The position numbers and the translations under genes were made by a program. Shown one piece after another: positions 49,601 to 62,434 of a stretch of 64,000 nucleotides of DNA. The notes below the pieces were generated by a model. The model saw only the letters and a list, made by a program, of their open reading frames with translations. It did no database searches and was not told the DNA's origin. The stretch comes from Eledone cirrhosa (lineage: Eukaryota), in the NCBI GenBank assembly GCA_964016885.1, contig OZ024744.1:29140001-29204000 (forward strand), written 5' to 3'. The number at the start of each line of letters is the position of its first letter. The first letter of the stretch is position 1.

Positions 49601-50643
49601 AGCAAAAAATCATACATGGATATGTTGCGAGGAAGCTCCAGAGTGAGAGTAATATAGATAAGGAAAGTAGTCTATCTTGGACCAACAACCGCTATATTGG
49701 CTCCCACTTTGAAGGATACGCTTTTACAATCCAAGAACAGGAAATTAACACGAAATACTTGATTCACAAAAGAGATAGGGATGCAGGCAAAATGCCTAGA
49801 TGTGATAACAAGTGCAGACTCTGCAGAATTAACATCGAAGATGTCACACATGCATCAGCAGCTGTCGAAAGATGTCATCGCGGTACTATCTACCTATGAG
49901 GCATGATGTAGTGGCCCAAACACTGTACAATGCAACCTGTAGAAAAGATATCCCCGATAATAAACACATTAAAAACTACAGAAATGTGGAAGACATCCTT
50001 ATACATAATATGAAAGAGTACTGGTGGAATGTTCCAGTAAAAACCCCAATAAAATGCAGGCATAACAGACCAGATATTATGATATGGGACAGGGAGAAGA
50101 AAACATGCACAGTAGTGGAAGGTAGCTGCCCAGCAGATGTCAATATAATATCAAAGATTAGCGAAAAGGAGAATATTTTTGCAGAACTGATGAGAAATCT
50201 GCAGATACTACACCCTGATTACACCTTCAGATTTATGCCTGTGATTATTGGGGCCCTGGGGTATGTTAGTAACTGACTCAATGCAAATCTTGAGAAGCTA
50301 GGCTTCACAGGAACAGAAAGAACACAACTAGTTAGGAAATTAGAAGTACGATCCATTAATGGAACAGTAAAAATATGTAAAACATTCCAGAAATTTTGCA
50401 TCTAATAACTGCATATACACATGTACAAATACAAAGCATATACACATGCACACATACAACTCAAAACATACACATCCACACATACAATAACATCCATATC
50501 TACACATGCATGCATACATACATATCTACCTAGTTGATGTTGTGTAAATTCCAATGAGAGAGTCTTGTATCTCTGTTAGAAACCGACTCTCTCTCTATTG
50601 GTAAAACTTTGTGAAATTATAAAACCAGAAGAACATACATACA
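46653..50643 (+). mobile_element. Degenerate full-length RLE non-LTR element, family C (R4/Dong-like), at a (CATA)n array
   Basis: ORF pieces 46865-50405. Myb-like N-terminus (WSCELNNDLFNCY..GYMNRM..W), YRPIA, FQGDSLS, FVDD, CRLC, RHD, RPDIMIWD. Ends CATACATACA. Confidence 0.85.
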
Positions 50644-50699
50644 CGATGACTGCCTTCTCGTTATCAAGTATGGCCATTGCACGATATACCATTATTAAT

Positions 50700-52125
50700 A
50701 ATTATTAATTAATTCTATCGTGCAATGCCTGTGCGTGAAGATGTTTTTAAAGTGGCCTTTTCAAAGCTGACGTTTAGGTTTTTCATGATCAAGACGTCTC
50801 TCTTCAAACATTCTGCAGCCTTCCTTCAAATGTCCTCTCCATTTACCCCTCTTTAAAGCAAGCACTTCCCAGTTCTGTACTTCAAACTGTAGACTTTTAA
50901 GGTTGCTTTTTATGCAATCTTTATATCTTTTTTTTTTTTGTCTGTGCTGAGGGTGTTTCCTAGTGCACAATTGACTGTAAAATAGTTGTTTTGGGAGTCT
51001 TTCCTCATTTATGTGCACAACATGGCCCACCCAACACATTTCAGATGATATGATGGTCGATTCAATGTTCGTATCACCAGCATCTATAAGGATTTGTGTG
51101 TCAGGTATTTTTGTTGCCATTTGATATTTAGGATTCATCTTAAACACTTTTGTTTAAAGTGTTCAAGCAGTTAAGGTGTCTACGATGTACTGTCAACGTT
51201 TCCGAAGAGTAGATCAGAGCACTCAGAATGCAGGCGTTTTACTCACTAATCCACTAACCATGGTCTTGATATTGATGCCATGGTCTGCCCACACTCTCTT
51301 TTCAAGTTTTCCGAAGGCTAGAGAGGCCTTCTGAATGCGTAGGTGTATTTCTGCATCCAGTGAACCATTCCTTGATAATGCACTACCCAGGTAAACGAAA
51401 GTGTCAACAACACCCAACCTAGTTCCATGTATTATTATATTTGGCTCAATATGTTCTTCCCCTGGTGATGGGATGAACATTATCTTGGTCTTTTTAAAAT
51501 TAATTTTCATGCCAAAGGCATTACAATAAGCTGCAAAACAATCCTGATGTATTGCATGTCATCTTGAGAGTGAGCCAGAAAGTCAATATCGTCTGCATAC
51601 TGTTCTCTAATTAATATTTGGAACACCTTGGATTTGAAATTGAACTTTCTTAGGTCAAAGATTTTTCCTGTAATTGTAAGTTGCAATAAAACACCCTTTG
51701 CACAGTCCTTGAATGCATCACATCAAAAATATTGAAAACGGTGTAGGAGCTGGGATATCTTCCTGCTTCACGCCATTATCAACTGGGATTTCATTGTACA
51801 ATTCTCCATTCAAGACAACCCCAGCCTTCATATTCATGCGCAGTGGAACGAACATATCAATAAACTTTGATGGGTACCCTATTTTCCCTAATATTTTCCA
51901 CAGTGCACTTTTGTTCACCGTATCAGAGGCCTTCATCAGATCAACAAAAACCTGATACAGAGGAACCCGATGTTCAATACATTTCTCCTGAATCTGCCTT
52001 GCAGAGAAGATCATATCAATCGACCATCTGCCAGATCTAAAGCCACTTTGTGATTCAGGTATTACTGTAGGACAACAGTCTTCCATCAACCTGTTCAACA
52101 ATAATCTAGCAAGAACTTTGCTCAC
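50700..52125 (-). mobile_element. 5'-truncated degenerate RTE-clade LINE (RT and C-terminus)
   Basis: KVLARLLLNRL..PESQSGFRSGR..DMIFSARQIQEKC..FVDL, YADD near 51590, FVYLGS, WVGHV..RLPKQLFY. Confidence 0.8.
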
Positions 52126-52597
52126 AGACTCCACGGCACCACTCCTCCATCGCCATAGGACTTTCACCTGTAAAAATGACAGATGAGATCACAAAAGAAA
52201 CATCTGTACATCATTGGATTATAGTGACAAACGCTTGTGCTACACAGTGATTATAGTCAGGTGACAAGCCTATGCCAGATGAACAGTACACCACATCAAC
52301 CACTGGTTTTATTTCAAAGTTTCCCTCTTTAAGAAAGATACTGTAACACCAGCTCGGGTTCCTTCACTCCCAGTGGATTTTCTTTTTACCCATCTGCTAG
52401 CCATCACACATGTAAATGAGTTGCAATGATTCGCTGACTTTTTCATGAATGTTGACCAGGGACTCTATCCCATTTGAAATTTAAAAATGAATAAATAAAT
52501 AAAATAAAGATTTTTAAAGGTTTTTAGAAGTTTTAAAAGGGTTTAAAAGGGTTTAAAAGGTTTTTAATTTTTTTTTAAATAATGTTTTTATCAAATA

Positions 52598-55500
52598 CAA
52601 GCAGTATAGCCCGGCGTTGCTCGGGGCTGCTCAGTAGCTGTGCTAAAGTTACAATGTTAAATTCCTTTCTTGGTTTAAAAACTGTAGAGTCTACAGTGTA
52701 GACTTTCATGTGGTACTTTTGATTAATATTCCCCCAACCAACAGTATGCCTTATAAAGTTAAGAAAACATAACCATAACCCGAGTGTTAAAACAAAAGAG
52801 GATGCTGGGGATAAAAACTGCATTGGTAATCTGTTAACAAAAATCGAAAATGTAAACACTGCAACAATTGTCTCAGAGAAAAACATCAGCGTAACCAAAC
52901 TATCAGTTATTTTGAAACAAAGAAATTGGATAGACATGAGAAACAAAAGAAAAATGCGTTATCCGAAGTCGAGGGGGCAGGCAGCATAAAAGAGGTTCGC
53001 ACCTGTGATAAAACATATTGACAATGTAATAGCGTAGATGTTTAAGTATAAACTATGAAGAGCTCATAACATACCCATGGTGAGTTTGACGGGCAGATTA
53101 TAGACAGCCACAGCATGCAAAATGGACAGATGCAGCAAAAGCCATATTCACCAAAAAGAATCGCTGAAATCAATAAAACAGAAATGCTGCTTCCATTGCA
53201 TCTTCACATGCAATTGAGAATGATGATGAAAGTTTACTTCGATGCACCAGAAATGCTGTTGTTGCGTGTTGTCTAGGTCAGAATGCATATTGAAACAATG
53301 AAAGAAATGACGGGAACAATTTTTGTATGTATGCGCCAAGTTGTGTGTGTCTATGTATTAAACGCCTGACCTGACTTGTCAGCGACTGGAGGGCGTCCTT
53401 AACAATCGAAAGCATTGATTTCAGAGTCCGCTTTGATTTGCGAGCAATGCTGGTCCTTAGAGGCCTAGGTGTCAATAAAATGCACTGCATCGATGTTGAA
53501 TACAGGGTTCGTAGACGCTATATATTTAAGGCAGTCGGTGTAACATTGCCGTTTTGAACCAACAAAGCCTATAAAACCTCACGGTATACAATATTCTTTG
53601 TTTTTCCGTTTGGAGCAAAATCAAAGAGGTTGTTCCGGCTGCCAACTCGAGAACATCCAACGTAGAATTGTCCATGTGAAAAACATGGCTCCTCCAGGTG
53701 AAGTCCTGCTACAGATAAAGTCTGACCCTGGGACTTGTTGATGGACATAGCAAAGGCAGCACGAAGGGGAAATTGGGTTCTTTTAAAAGAATAGGGTGCA
53801 TCCACTCCTGATGTAGTAAGAGTTACTATAGGTATTAAAACATCTTCTCCTTTTCCACATCCCGACATAATCGTAGCATAAATAATGTGCTGTAACATCC
53901 TATTGACAACAAGGCATGTACCATTGCAAAGCTTGGGAGGGGTTATATTCCTAAGAAGTATAACTGGACATCCTTCCTTGAGAGACAAAATATGTTGAGG
54001 TAGACCGGGAATATCCAATGAATTGAGGAATGCAATGGGATAATTGACCGCATCATGTGCATCAACATTGGTATCAATAGACTTAAAAGTCTTATCATTT
54101 CCAGGAAGACTTTCAAGCATTTGGCGATTAATGGCGGAGATAGTGACATTTGTAGGAGCTAATATAGCCCTCTCACACAGCCATGTATGATTGCGGTAAT
54201 TATCTGCCAAGTTGGGAAAAACGGCTGCCATGAGATCTTCGACAGTGTTAACCAGACAGTATATATTGTCGAGTGCAATGTCACCATGCACACCTGAAGG
54301 TACTTTGCCGTTGCCAAGAATGAGAAGGTCTTCTGTAAATATTTCAGACACAGTATCACCATGCAGTTGAACACCCATGTTAGTGGTAAGACGAAGTGTT
54401 GTTACCTGTTGCCACAATGGAGAAGACTTCAGGCAAGTCCGAATTTGATCTGCTCTGGTGCCCTTTGGAATAACCGGCAAAGTTTGTCGAAAGTCTCCTG
54501 AAAGCAAAAGAGTTACACCCCCCATGGTCTCCTGACCGTCTCTAATGTCTTTCAGTGTTCTATCTAAGGCCTCAATAGCTCCTTTGTGAGCCATGGTACA
54601 TTCATCCCACACAATCAGTTGGCACCTTCGTAGCAGTTCTGCTCTCAGACTATCCTTGGTGATGTCACAGAGCAGTGTTTCAGCTGATACCAAGTTAATC
54701 GGTAGCTTAAAGGTAGAGTGTGCTGTCCTGCCGCCAGGAAATAGTGTTGCTGCAATACCGGATGATGCAACGGCTATTGCGATAACTTCATTCTGTCTAA
54801 CTTTGGCAAGAAGAAGTTTAGTAACAAAGGTTTTTCCAGTGCCTCCAGGGGCATCAAGAAAGAAGATACCACCCCATCGATGAAATACATAGTCGGTGAT
54901 AGTGTTGTATGCAAATTGCTGATCAGGAAGTAGTTTTGGTTCCATTTCAAACACATATCTAGCTAGAGTGTCGACATCATAAGATGTTTCTTGGATGATG
55001 AGAGTTGGGATTTTAATAGAATCAGTGCAGTGGGTTTGTGGCAGACCGTATGCTGGCAAGGCATTCCCACCCATAAGGAAAATCCTGTCCTCTATGTCTA
55101 TAAGCCCTTTATTGTATAAATCATCACTGAAATCTACTTCTATGTCAGGAAGTAGTAGTTGAGTCTGGTGCAGGAAGTCCTCAGACAGTTGGTTCCGAAA
55201 CTTCAACCATAATGTGTAGGGATCACAAATGTTACATAAGTGAAGAAGCTTTGCAAAGAGCTCTCGTAGGCTTCCAGCTCAGTGTGATGAAGCGATCTCC
55301 GCCAAGGTTGCATCTCATCGTGAGTCATCTTCAAGCATTCCACGAGCCAAACAGGCATCTCTCTATGTAGACCAAACAAGATTACCGTAAGTTCTGAGGT
55401 CCTGAAAACTGGTCGGTCCTTTGACCTCATGCAGTAGCATTCGAAGATAGAAGCACTCGTGTTGATTTGGAGGAACCGTATACACTTACCCCAAGCAATT

Positions 55501-58500
55501 AGTGAATTTGATCCCGGGAACTTCAATAACTGGTTGGCCAGTCTTTCTGCGACTCCATGTTTTTTTTATTTCATGTGTAGTATGACGGCACCTGAGGATA
55601 CAGCAATGATTGTGTACATGTCACATTGAACTGGTCCGAAAACCTCACCTATTTTGATAAGATCCATAAGCTTAAGTAACTTAAGACGGAATACTCTAGC
55701 CGCGAGATCATATCGGCGTGAGGCGTTCTGACCAGGAAGGAGTTCGCCCTCAATGTCCTTCCAATTGGGGTTACAAGTAAAAGTTATAAATAAGCCTGGC
55801 CTGCCGTAATGTCGTACAATGGTCATGCCGTCCTGAGTCCTTTCATGCATATATCGAGGGCTTCCCGTAAAGGTAGATGGCAGAATGCATGCTTTTCCAA
55901 GACTCTCAGGATCCGCATCATTGTTCATTCCATCACGAAGGTGTATGTAACTGTCACAACGCAACTTTTTTTTATTGAGTTTGATAAAACACAATCTCTC
56001 AGATTCCATTTTTGCACACGTGTCAGTTGCAGACTGGTTGAAAAGGTCTTGAGAGCGGTGGAGGTGATTAAAACAGTCATCTCGAATCATGAATCGGAAT
56101 GCATAGAAGTTCTTGCATGAAACTGTTTTGGTAGAATGAACCTCTGAATTGGTAGATTTACATTGTGGAATGCCAAAATGGTATCCGTCCTCTCCATATA
56201 CAAAAAGCAGCGGGTATTAGAGTGCGTCGTATGATCTGTGTGTTTCACTGATCCGTTGAAGTCCGTGGTCGCGATGCTTGATAACAATGTCACGTTTACT
56301 GTGCTGATCTCCAGCGAGAAGTATTGCAGCCTCATTGAAAGAAGGTGAATTATAGCGGCCTGCATGTTCTCCATATGGCCGGTTGTCAGCATCAATGACG
56401 ACATAGTAATTGTCTACAAGAGCTGTTTCTAACGCGTATTTGAAGCTCCGAACGTAGCTGCTATGAGTATGAAGTATAACCTGAAGTTCAAGAAGGAGCT
56501 CTAGTCTAGTGTCAGATGCAATTGAGTATTTCCTTGTTGCTTTTGGAGAGTCAATTGAGTTTTTCTTTTTTTTCTTTTTGGGAAGGCAAATGTATTTCGC
56601 CTTGTAGCTTGTTCAAGACAGTTGGGCATGAAGAAGACCTGAAGAAATTAGGGCTCTTTATTATCTACAGGCTCAAGCGATCCAATAAGATGATAAATCT
56701 GACCTTGAACTTTGAAAGTGGGCATAAATCCATCTTCATACTCATAACTCGATCCAAAAGAAGTCATTCGGAAGGCACAATTGTAATGTCGAATATCTTG
56801 AAGGAAGCCTCTTGAGAGTGAATGGGTGCCTGTAAGAAGAAGCCTCAATGGCTGTGGTGGATCCCTAGGAGGGTGCAAGTTGACCTTACCATTAGAGCAG
56901 CACATTCCGGCTGGTTCACCCGGCCACTTTTTGGCTTTGCAAAACTGGCAAATTTCAGACATGCCGCCGATTTGAATATGGGGGTGTGTAGCATAATTAT
57001 TAGCGGGGACATAATTGAAAGCCTTCAATGACCATTGTGATTTCGCAGCCCTCGAAGTACCCCGCTTATTGGCTATACTGCCCCCCCCCCTCCCAGTCGA
57101 ATAGTTCGGATAGCTGCTGTCTCCGCTTCTCGCGCAGCTGCCGTAGCAGCTGCGTCTCTGCTCTGACGAAGATCACGTTCAACATCATTCTCTGCAGCTC
57201 GCACAGCTGCTTTTGCCTTTGCATTTCTTGCAAGCCGAGTTTGACGTTCCTCGTTATTCACTGCAGCATGTGAGGATGCAGTTGAAGAAGCATTTCTGGT
57301 GTGTCGAAGTAAACACTCGTCATCATTCTCAGTTGCATGTGAAGATACAATGGAAGCAGAATTTCTGGCGTGTCGACTCAAGCAATGCTCATCGATAGAC
57401 AGAGCTGTCGCATTCACTGAACACCACACAATTTGAGACTGTCTAATGTTCGACGATGCCTCAGTCAGCCTCCTTCTTTTCGTTATCTGAGACCGCGTCA
57501 GTCCTAATAAGGGCATCTTCTTTTTAGGCATCAAGGTGGTGAGCACGATATGACAAAGGAATCTGACAAACGTATCTTAAATATAAAACAATGCGAAAAA
57601 ATAAGTTTTGCGAATCATTTAATTTTGCAAATCAATTCGTCTAATGAGAATGCACCCAAAATCCAAGAAAATGTCATCGATGCATTATTTACAAAGTCAT
57701 CTTTACATGAACATGCAAGGTAACCAATAATGTTGGCACAGCCGTTCTTTAACTTTGTTATATTCAGTGATAACAGTGATTCAAAGGAAATTTAAACTTT
57801 TTAGAGAAATCACAATTGCACATAAGGCATAACATCTATATAGCAATAAAATCGGTTATGGTAATCAGGAGTTACTTGAAGCCGAACATTAAAAACATGG
57901 CAGCTTAAAAAATTGCTCCATTTCTTTTTATGCAACTTTTTATCAGATTTTGAGTGCATTTCTTAACCAATTATAATTTTACTGAAAAAATGGATGCGAA
58001 ATAGTTACGGCTACGGTAAAAAATGTCTAAGTGTGAAAATCACTTGCATGGATACTGAGCTAAAGCTGATTAAAGAACCAGTAAGGGTTTTTAGGTCGCC
58101 CTGTATGTCGAGCCCCAATGCACAAAAATGGGGCATGGTGGAAATAATCTGACTTCTTATTTGCATTGAAATTACTCAGATTGACTTGAATTTGCTATTT
58201 TAGTTTGAGCAAAACTTTTGTGCTGGCCAAGCGTCAATAGTAATTAACTGCATGCCTACTTTTGCACCCCCAACCCGGTGTATACATGAATCCTAATACA
58301 AACAATCCGTCCATATTTCCTTCAAGATAAAAGGAAATTAAAGTAAATTTAACATTATAAGATCGCAAAATTAATTTAAGTAGAAGGCCTAACCGCCAAC
58401 GCCATAGCAAAATGAAACAACAATTGAAAACTGAAAATAATCCAAACGTTTAATAGGGAAGGTTTAACTTACCAAGTAATGAGGTCGCTGACTTTTTAAC

Positions 58501-58920
58501 GCTTTGTAGCATACAAAGGTAGTACAGTTAAAATGAAGCTACTAAACAAATCGAACCAACAATTGAAATTCAATTTGAATGGCATCTACTTATAGCATCT
58601 TCTTATTCTGACACGAATCTAAATATCTAATCGTCTGCAAGTGGTGGGAATTTTTTATCGTCTGCGCGTTCCATAAAAGGGAAATAACTCGTCTCTCATC
58701 TCTATTTATACATTTGAATTGAAAAATCAATACATTACAAATTCGATTTTTACACTTGGCGTGGGTCGATTTGAAAGATTTTTTGACCGATGTCTCTGCG
58801 GGACCTTCATCTATAAGTGTAGCAATTTCACCGAAATTTGAACGTACGGTTTAGGAGGAGATGTGTGCCGAAGATTTTAGTAGACAGACAGACAGACAGC
58901 CTCAGTTTTATATATATAGA
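52598..58920 (-). mobile_element. Helitron, internally deleted
   Basis: 5' terminus A|TCTATATATATAAAA followed by (CTGT)n. 3' hairpin CCCGAGCAACGCCGGG then CTTG|T (CTRR variant). RepHel remnants inside. Confidence 0.85.
53569..57546 (-). pseudogene. Helitron RepHel (Rep remnant + PIF1-family helicase)
   Basis: CQFCKAKKWPGEP..CC zinc motif, GSPRYM, FITFTCNP, DAPGGTGKT, WDE, GDFRQTLPV, AMSINKSQGQT, FSHGQFYVGCSRV. Several stops and frameshifts. Confidence 0.92.
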
Positions 58921-59233
58921 TATATATATGTACACAGACAAATGTGCAATCAATCGTACACACACCAACACAGTATATACATATCAACACATTATTGGGT
59001 GGCCGTTGACTCATGAGTTCTTCCGCCATTTGTCAGGTTTTGTTTTATGTCGAGCAGGGTGTCCAAAATCACCCTCACCAAGTAAACTTGGTGGGGTTGC
59101 CGGTTTAGTCGCCGACGACCCGACCATGCGACAGTTGTAGTGGGTTACATGTTACCAGTAGCACTCAAGAGCGACCTGATATACACACATACAAACATAC
59201 ATAAATTCATACACACATATATACGTACATAGG

Positions 59234-59285
<52 letters not shown>

Positions 59286-59572
59286 CACACACAAGGTAGG
59301 TACGCGCAAACCTTATCTCCCAAAGACAAGAAGCAACACTACCACCAACAACAATGACAACAGCAATGAAATAAATAAGAAAAATAAAGTAAAACAACGA
59401 TAAAACATAATAGAAAAATATCCCAAGAAAACGACAAAACAGTCAACAAAAATAACAAAAATCCGCAATCTTTGCCCTCATCTTGTCCCCACCCTCCGGG
59501 TTTCTACAGTTAATATTGATAATAAGGTAATAGACTAACAGAGACAATCAATTGACTTAAGATGTGATGTAA

Positions 59573-59612
<40 letters not shown>

Positions 59613-59903
59613 TTATATATATATACGCACACACATACACACATACAAATACACATACACACATATACACATATACATATAAAGATATATGTGTGGTGGT
59701 GGTGTATGTATCTTTGAGTGTGGTTGTGTGTGTGCATGTGTGTGTAGTGTGAGAGACAGACAGATACGCAGATATAAAAATAGATAGAACAATATAGAGA
59801 GAGGGGTGAGGTTATGACAGATATACTAAGTTGGGAATACAAACACACACATATATATATGTATATATATTATGTGTGTGTGTCTGTGTGTGTGTATATA
59901 TAC

Positions 59904-59937
<34 letters not shown>

Positions 59938-59989
59938 GGGGAGAGGGAGAGAGTGTGTGTATCTGTGTGTATATATATGGGTGTGTGTG

Positions 59990-60076
<87 letters not shown>

Positions 60077-60082
60077 TGTGTA

Positions 60083-60114
<32 letters not shown>

Positions 60115-60115
60115 A
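59573..60115. repeat. Mixed (CA)n/(TA)n/(GA)n microsatellites
   Basis: Directly visible. Confidence 0.95.
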
Positions 60116-60191
60116 CGAAGGAAATATGGTAAGGAACCAGATGGACCATAACGCACCAAAGTACTCAATACTTAGGGTAGTAGAGTGGGTA

Positions 60192-60307
60192 ATAGGAACA
60201 AGTATGACCCCGACGGCAGAGCTCAAGCCGTTTCGACGGCTAATTCTGGACTCAATTAGCCGTCGAGTCGGCTTGAGCTCTGCCGTCCGGGTCATACTTG
60301 TTCCTAT
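60192..60307. repeat. Near-perfect palindrome (54-bp arms, 8-nt loop) derived from a hammerhead-containing sequence
   Basis: Arms 60192-60245 and 60254-60307. Confidence 0.9.
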
Positions 60308-60335
60308 ATATATATATATTTATTTATATATATAG

Positions 60336-61477
60336 AAGTGGTTACACAACAGTTAGTTCACCATACCGAGAACAATTGTTTCACCTTAGCGGATCCTCAG
60401 CTCGGAATGGGCATGGTTATAGGAATAGGAAGGACAAGCGTACGAACGCGCATGCGTAGAAACCCGGTCACCTCACACAGGCAATACTAGACTGCGTGCG
60501 AGAGGTGTAAGGGAGATAACTGCGAAAGTCTGAAGTCTAAGTTTTTAGGTTGAAAATAAAATTACAAAGAATCAGTCCGGAGCCTTGTAGTTATGCAATA
60601 GATGTTTGGCGACGTGTGGACAACGTGTGAAAAATTCATATCTCGTGTTTAGGCAATCACTATTGCGTAATCTCTTTAGAATAGTTATTCGTTCATCAAT
60701 ACATAAGCCACACGTCGGATTTCCCCTTGCGTATGACTTGGACTTAGTGATGGCTTTCCATTGAATGGAGTAGTCTATACTTGAGTCCTTGAGGGACCAT
60801 ACGTGGCTCACGAGTTTCGTGGATGAACGTCTGTCCGGATACCTGAAGGTAGACCGGTGGTTCAGGAAACGTTCCTTAAATCGGCCCTCCGCCATGCCCA
60901 CATAGGATTTGACCTCCTGTGGTTCGTTTGGTCGGTTGGAAGTGACCACAGCTTCATAAATTACAGCTGGGGTGTTGCATTACTGTTGAAGGGGGCAAGC
61001 TTCATGCTTACGGCAAGAGCACCCTGGTGGGGTGTTGCTCCTAGGGCTGCTGGCGATGTGGGCCTTCGTGTTCTTAGCGCAGGAGTATCCTAGTTTTACT
61101 TTGTGTCGGTTAAAGATGGAGCGGTATCTATGACCTATGGGAAAGTGTCTATCTAGAGGGCTAGAAATTATTTTCCTACATTGGTTTTAACGTTGAGTGA
61201 GAAGGGAGGAGAGAACCAGATAGTTTGTCTATTGTTGCGCTTACTTTTCTTAATGGTGCTGTTGCTAGTGGGAGAGTAAGTGATAGGTTGTGAGAAGCCT
61301 CTATTAGCCAACGCCGTGTTATAGTAGGGTGCCGCCCTGTCAAAGATAGCCTTATTAGAGGAGAGGTTTCGTACGGTTGTCCTTCCTGTTCCTATAACCA
61401 TGTCCATTCCGAGCTGAGGATCCGCTAAGGTGGAGCAATTGTTCTCGGTATGGTGAACTAACTGTTGTGTAACCACT
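60336..61477 (-). mobile_element. 5'-truncated Penelope-like element (GIY-YIG end) with inverted pseudo-LTR copies
   Basis: IWFSPPFSLNVKTNVGK linker, then YVGMAEGRFKERFLNHR..CGLCIDER..LNTRYE..CPH GIY-YIG domain (60572-60949). About 110-bp inverted repeats at 60336-60448 and 61367-61477. Confidence 0.85.
60361..60410 (-). ncRNA. Type I minimal hammerhead ribozyme
   Basis: CCATTCCGAG-CTGAGGA-TCCGCTAAGGT-GAAA-CAATTG-TT-CTCGGTATGG: paired stem I and palindromic stem III. Confidence 0.8.
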
Positions 61478-61851
61478 TTTATCTAACTCGTCCCATGGAC
61501 TGAGTGCTCTACCACTACGGATATTACCTTCCAGTGTTCCACCACTATATATATATATATATCTTTAAGTCATTTGGAAGCCTCGACAATGCAAATGGGT
61601 AAATCTCCGGGTAACAAGGTCCGGTGGTGGAGAGAGAGATGTAAGTGGGTGTACGTTGAGAAGCGTGGTGTGTATAAGATGTGTGAGATGTGTAGAATGA
61701 AGGGAAGAGTATAAAGGATAAAATTAAAATAACAACACAAGAGAGAGTTACCTTGGGAGAGATTTAATAGTCCCTATATATTTCGGATTCACATCCATCA
61801 ACTGGGGGTTTTTTCCGGTGTGGGGAAAAGGTTGTCTGTCTAAATTTGACC

Positions 61852-61931
61852 TAACTCCTGAAGAGTCCGGTGCTCCAGATGTCCAATGTTATCGGATATC
61901 TTAAAATGCGGACGAAACCATGGTAGAGGTA
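61852..61931 (+). ncRNA. Type I hammerhead ribozyme
   Basis: TAACTC-CTGAAGA-GTCCG..CGGAC-GAAA-CCATGG-TA-GAGGTA. Confidence 0.8.
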
Positions 61932-62282
61932 ACTAAATATGTTCACTTTTCTCCTAGTTTATTTTACACCTAATTCTGTTTAGTTGACTGTATATCTGGT
62001 CGATTTATACACGCTATCGAAATACTCAATAAATATTCCGTCGCAACTGACAGGAAGGGCTGCTTTCGGTTATTTGTCGGAGATTTCTTCATAGAAGCCT
62101 TTATTCTTATAGCCTGGTCTAATTGATTTTTATATGGTTAATTATGGTAATTGGGAGAGGAAACGGTATATATATTTTATCTGGTGATTCTATAGACATG
62201 TTTTATGATATATAGCTCTGATTGTTTAATTTATTAACTCTTCATTGAGCCACAAAGTGACCCGTTGCAAAACACACAGACG

Positions 62283-62338
<56 letters not shown>

Positions 62339-62383
62339 TGAGATTCTACAGGACTAGAACTGTTTCATTCATTTGAAATTATC

Positions 62384-62434
62384 AGATTCCTGATGATTTC
62401 AAATGAATGAAACAGTTCTAGTCCTGTAGAATCT
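62384..62434 (+). ncRNA. Type I hammerhead ribozyme inside a 110-bp palindrome (62333-62442)
   Basis: AGATTC-CTGATGA-TTTCAAATGAAT-GAAA-CAG(TTCTAGTC)CTG-TA-GAATCT. Confidence 0.78.

Noticed and set aside
52515-52563. (TTTAAAAGGG)n telomere-like repeat
   Set aside because: Only about three degenerate units in AT-rich sequence
53569-55206. Host PIF1 helicase gene
   Set aside because: Intronless, preceded by Rep remnants and enclosed by Helitron termini
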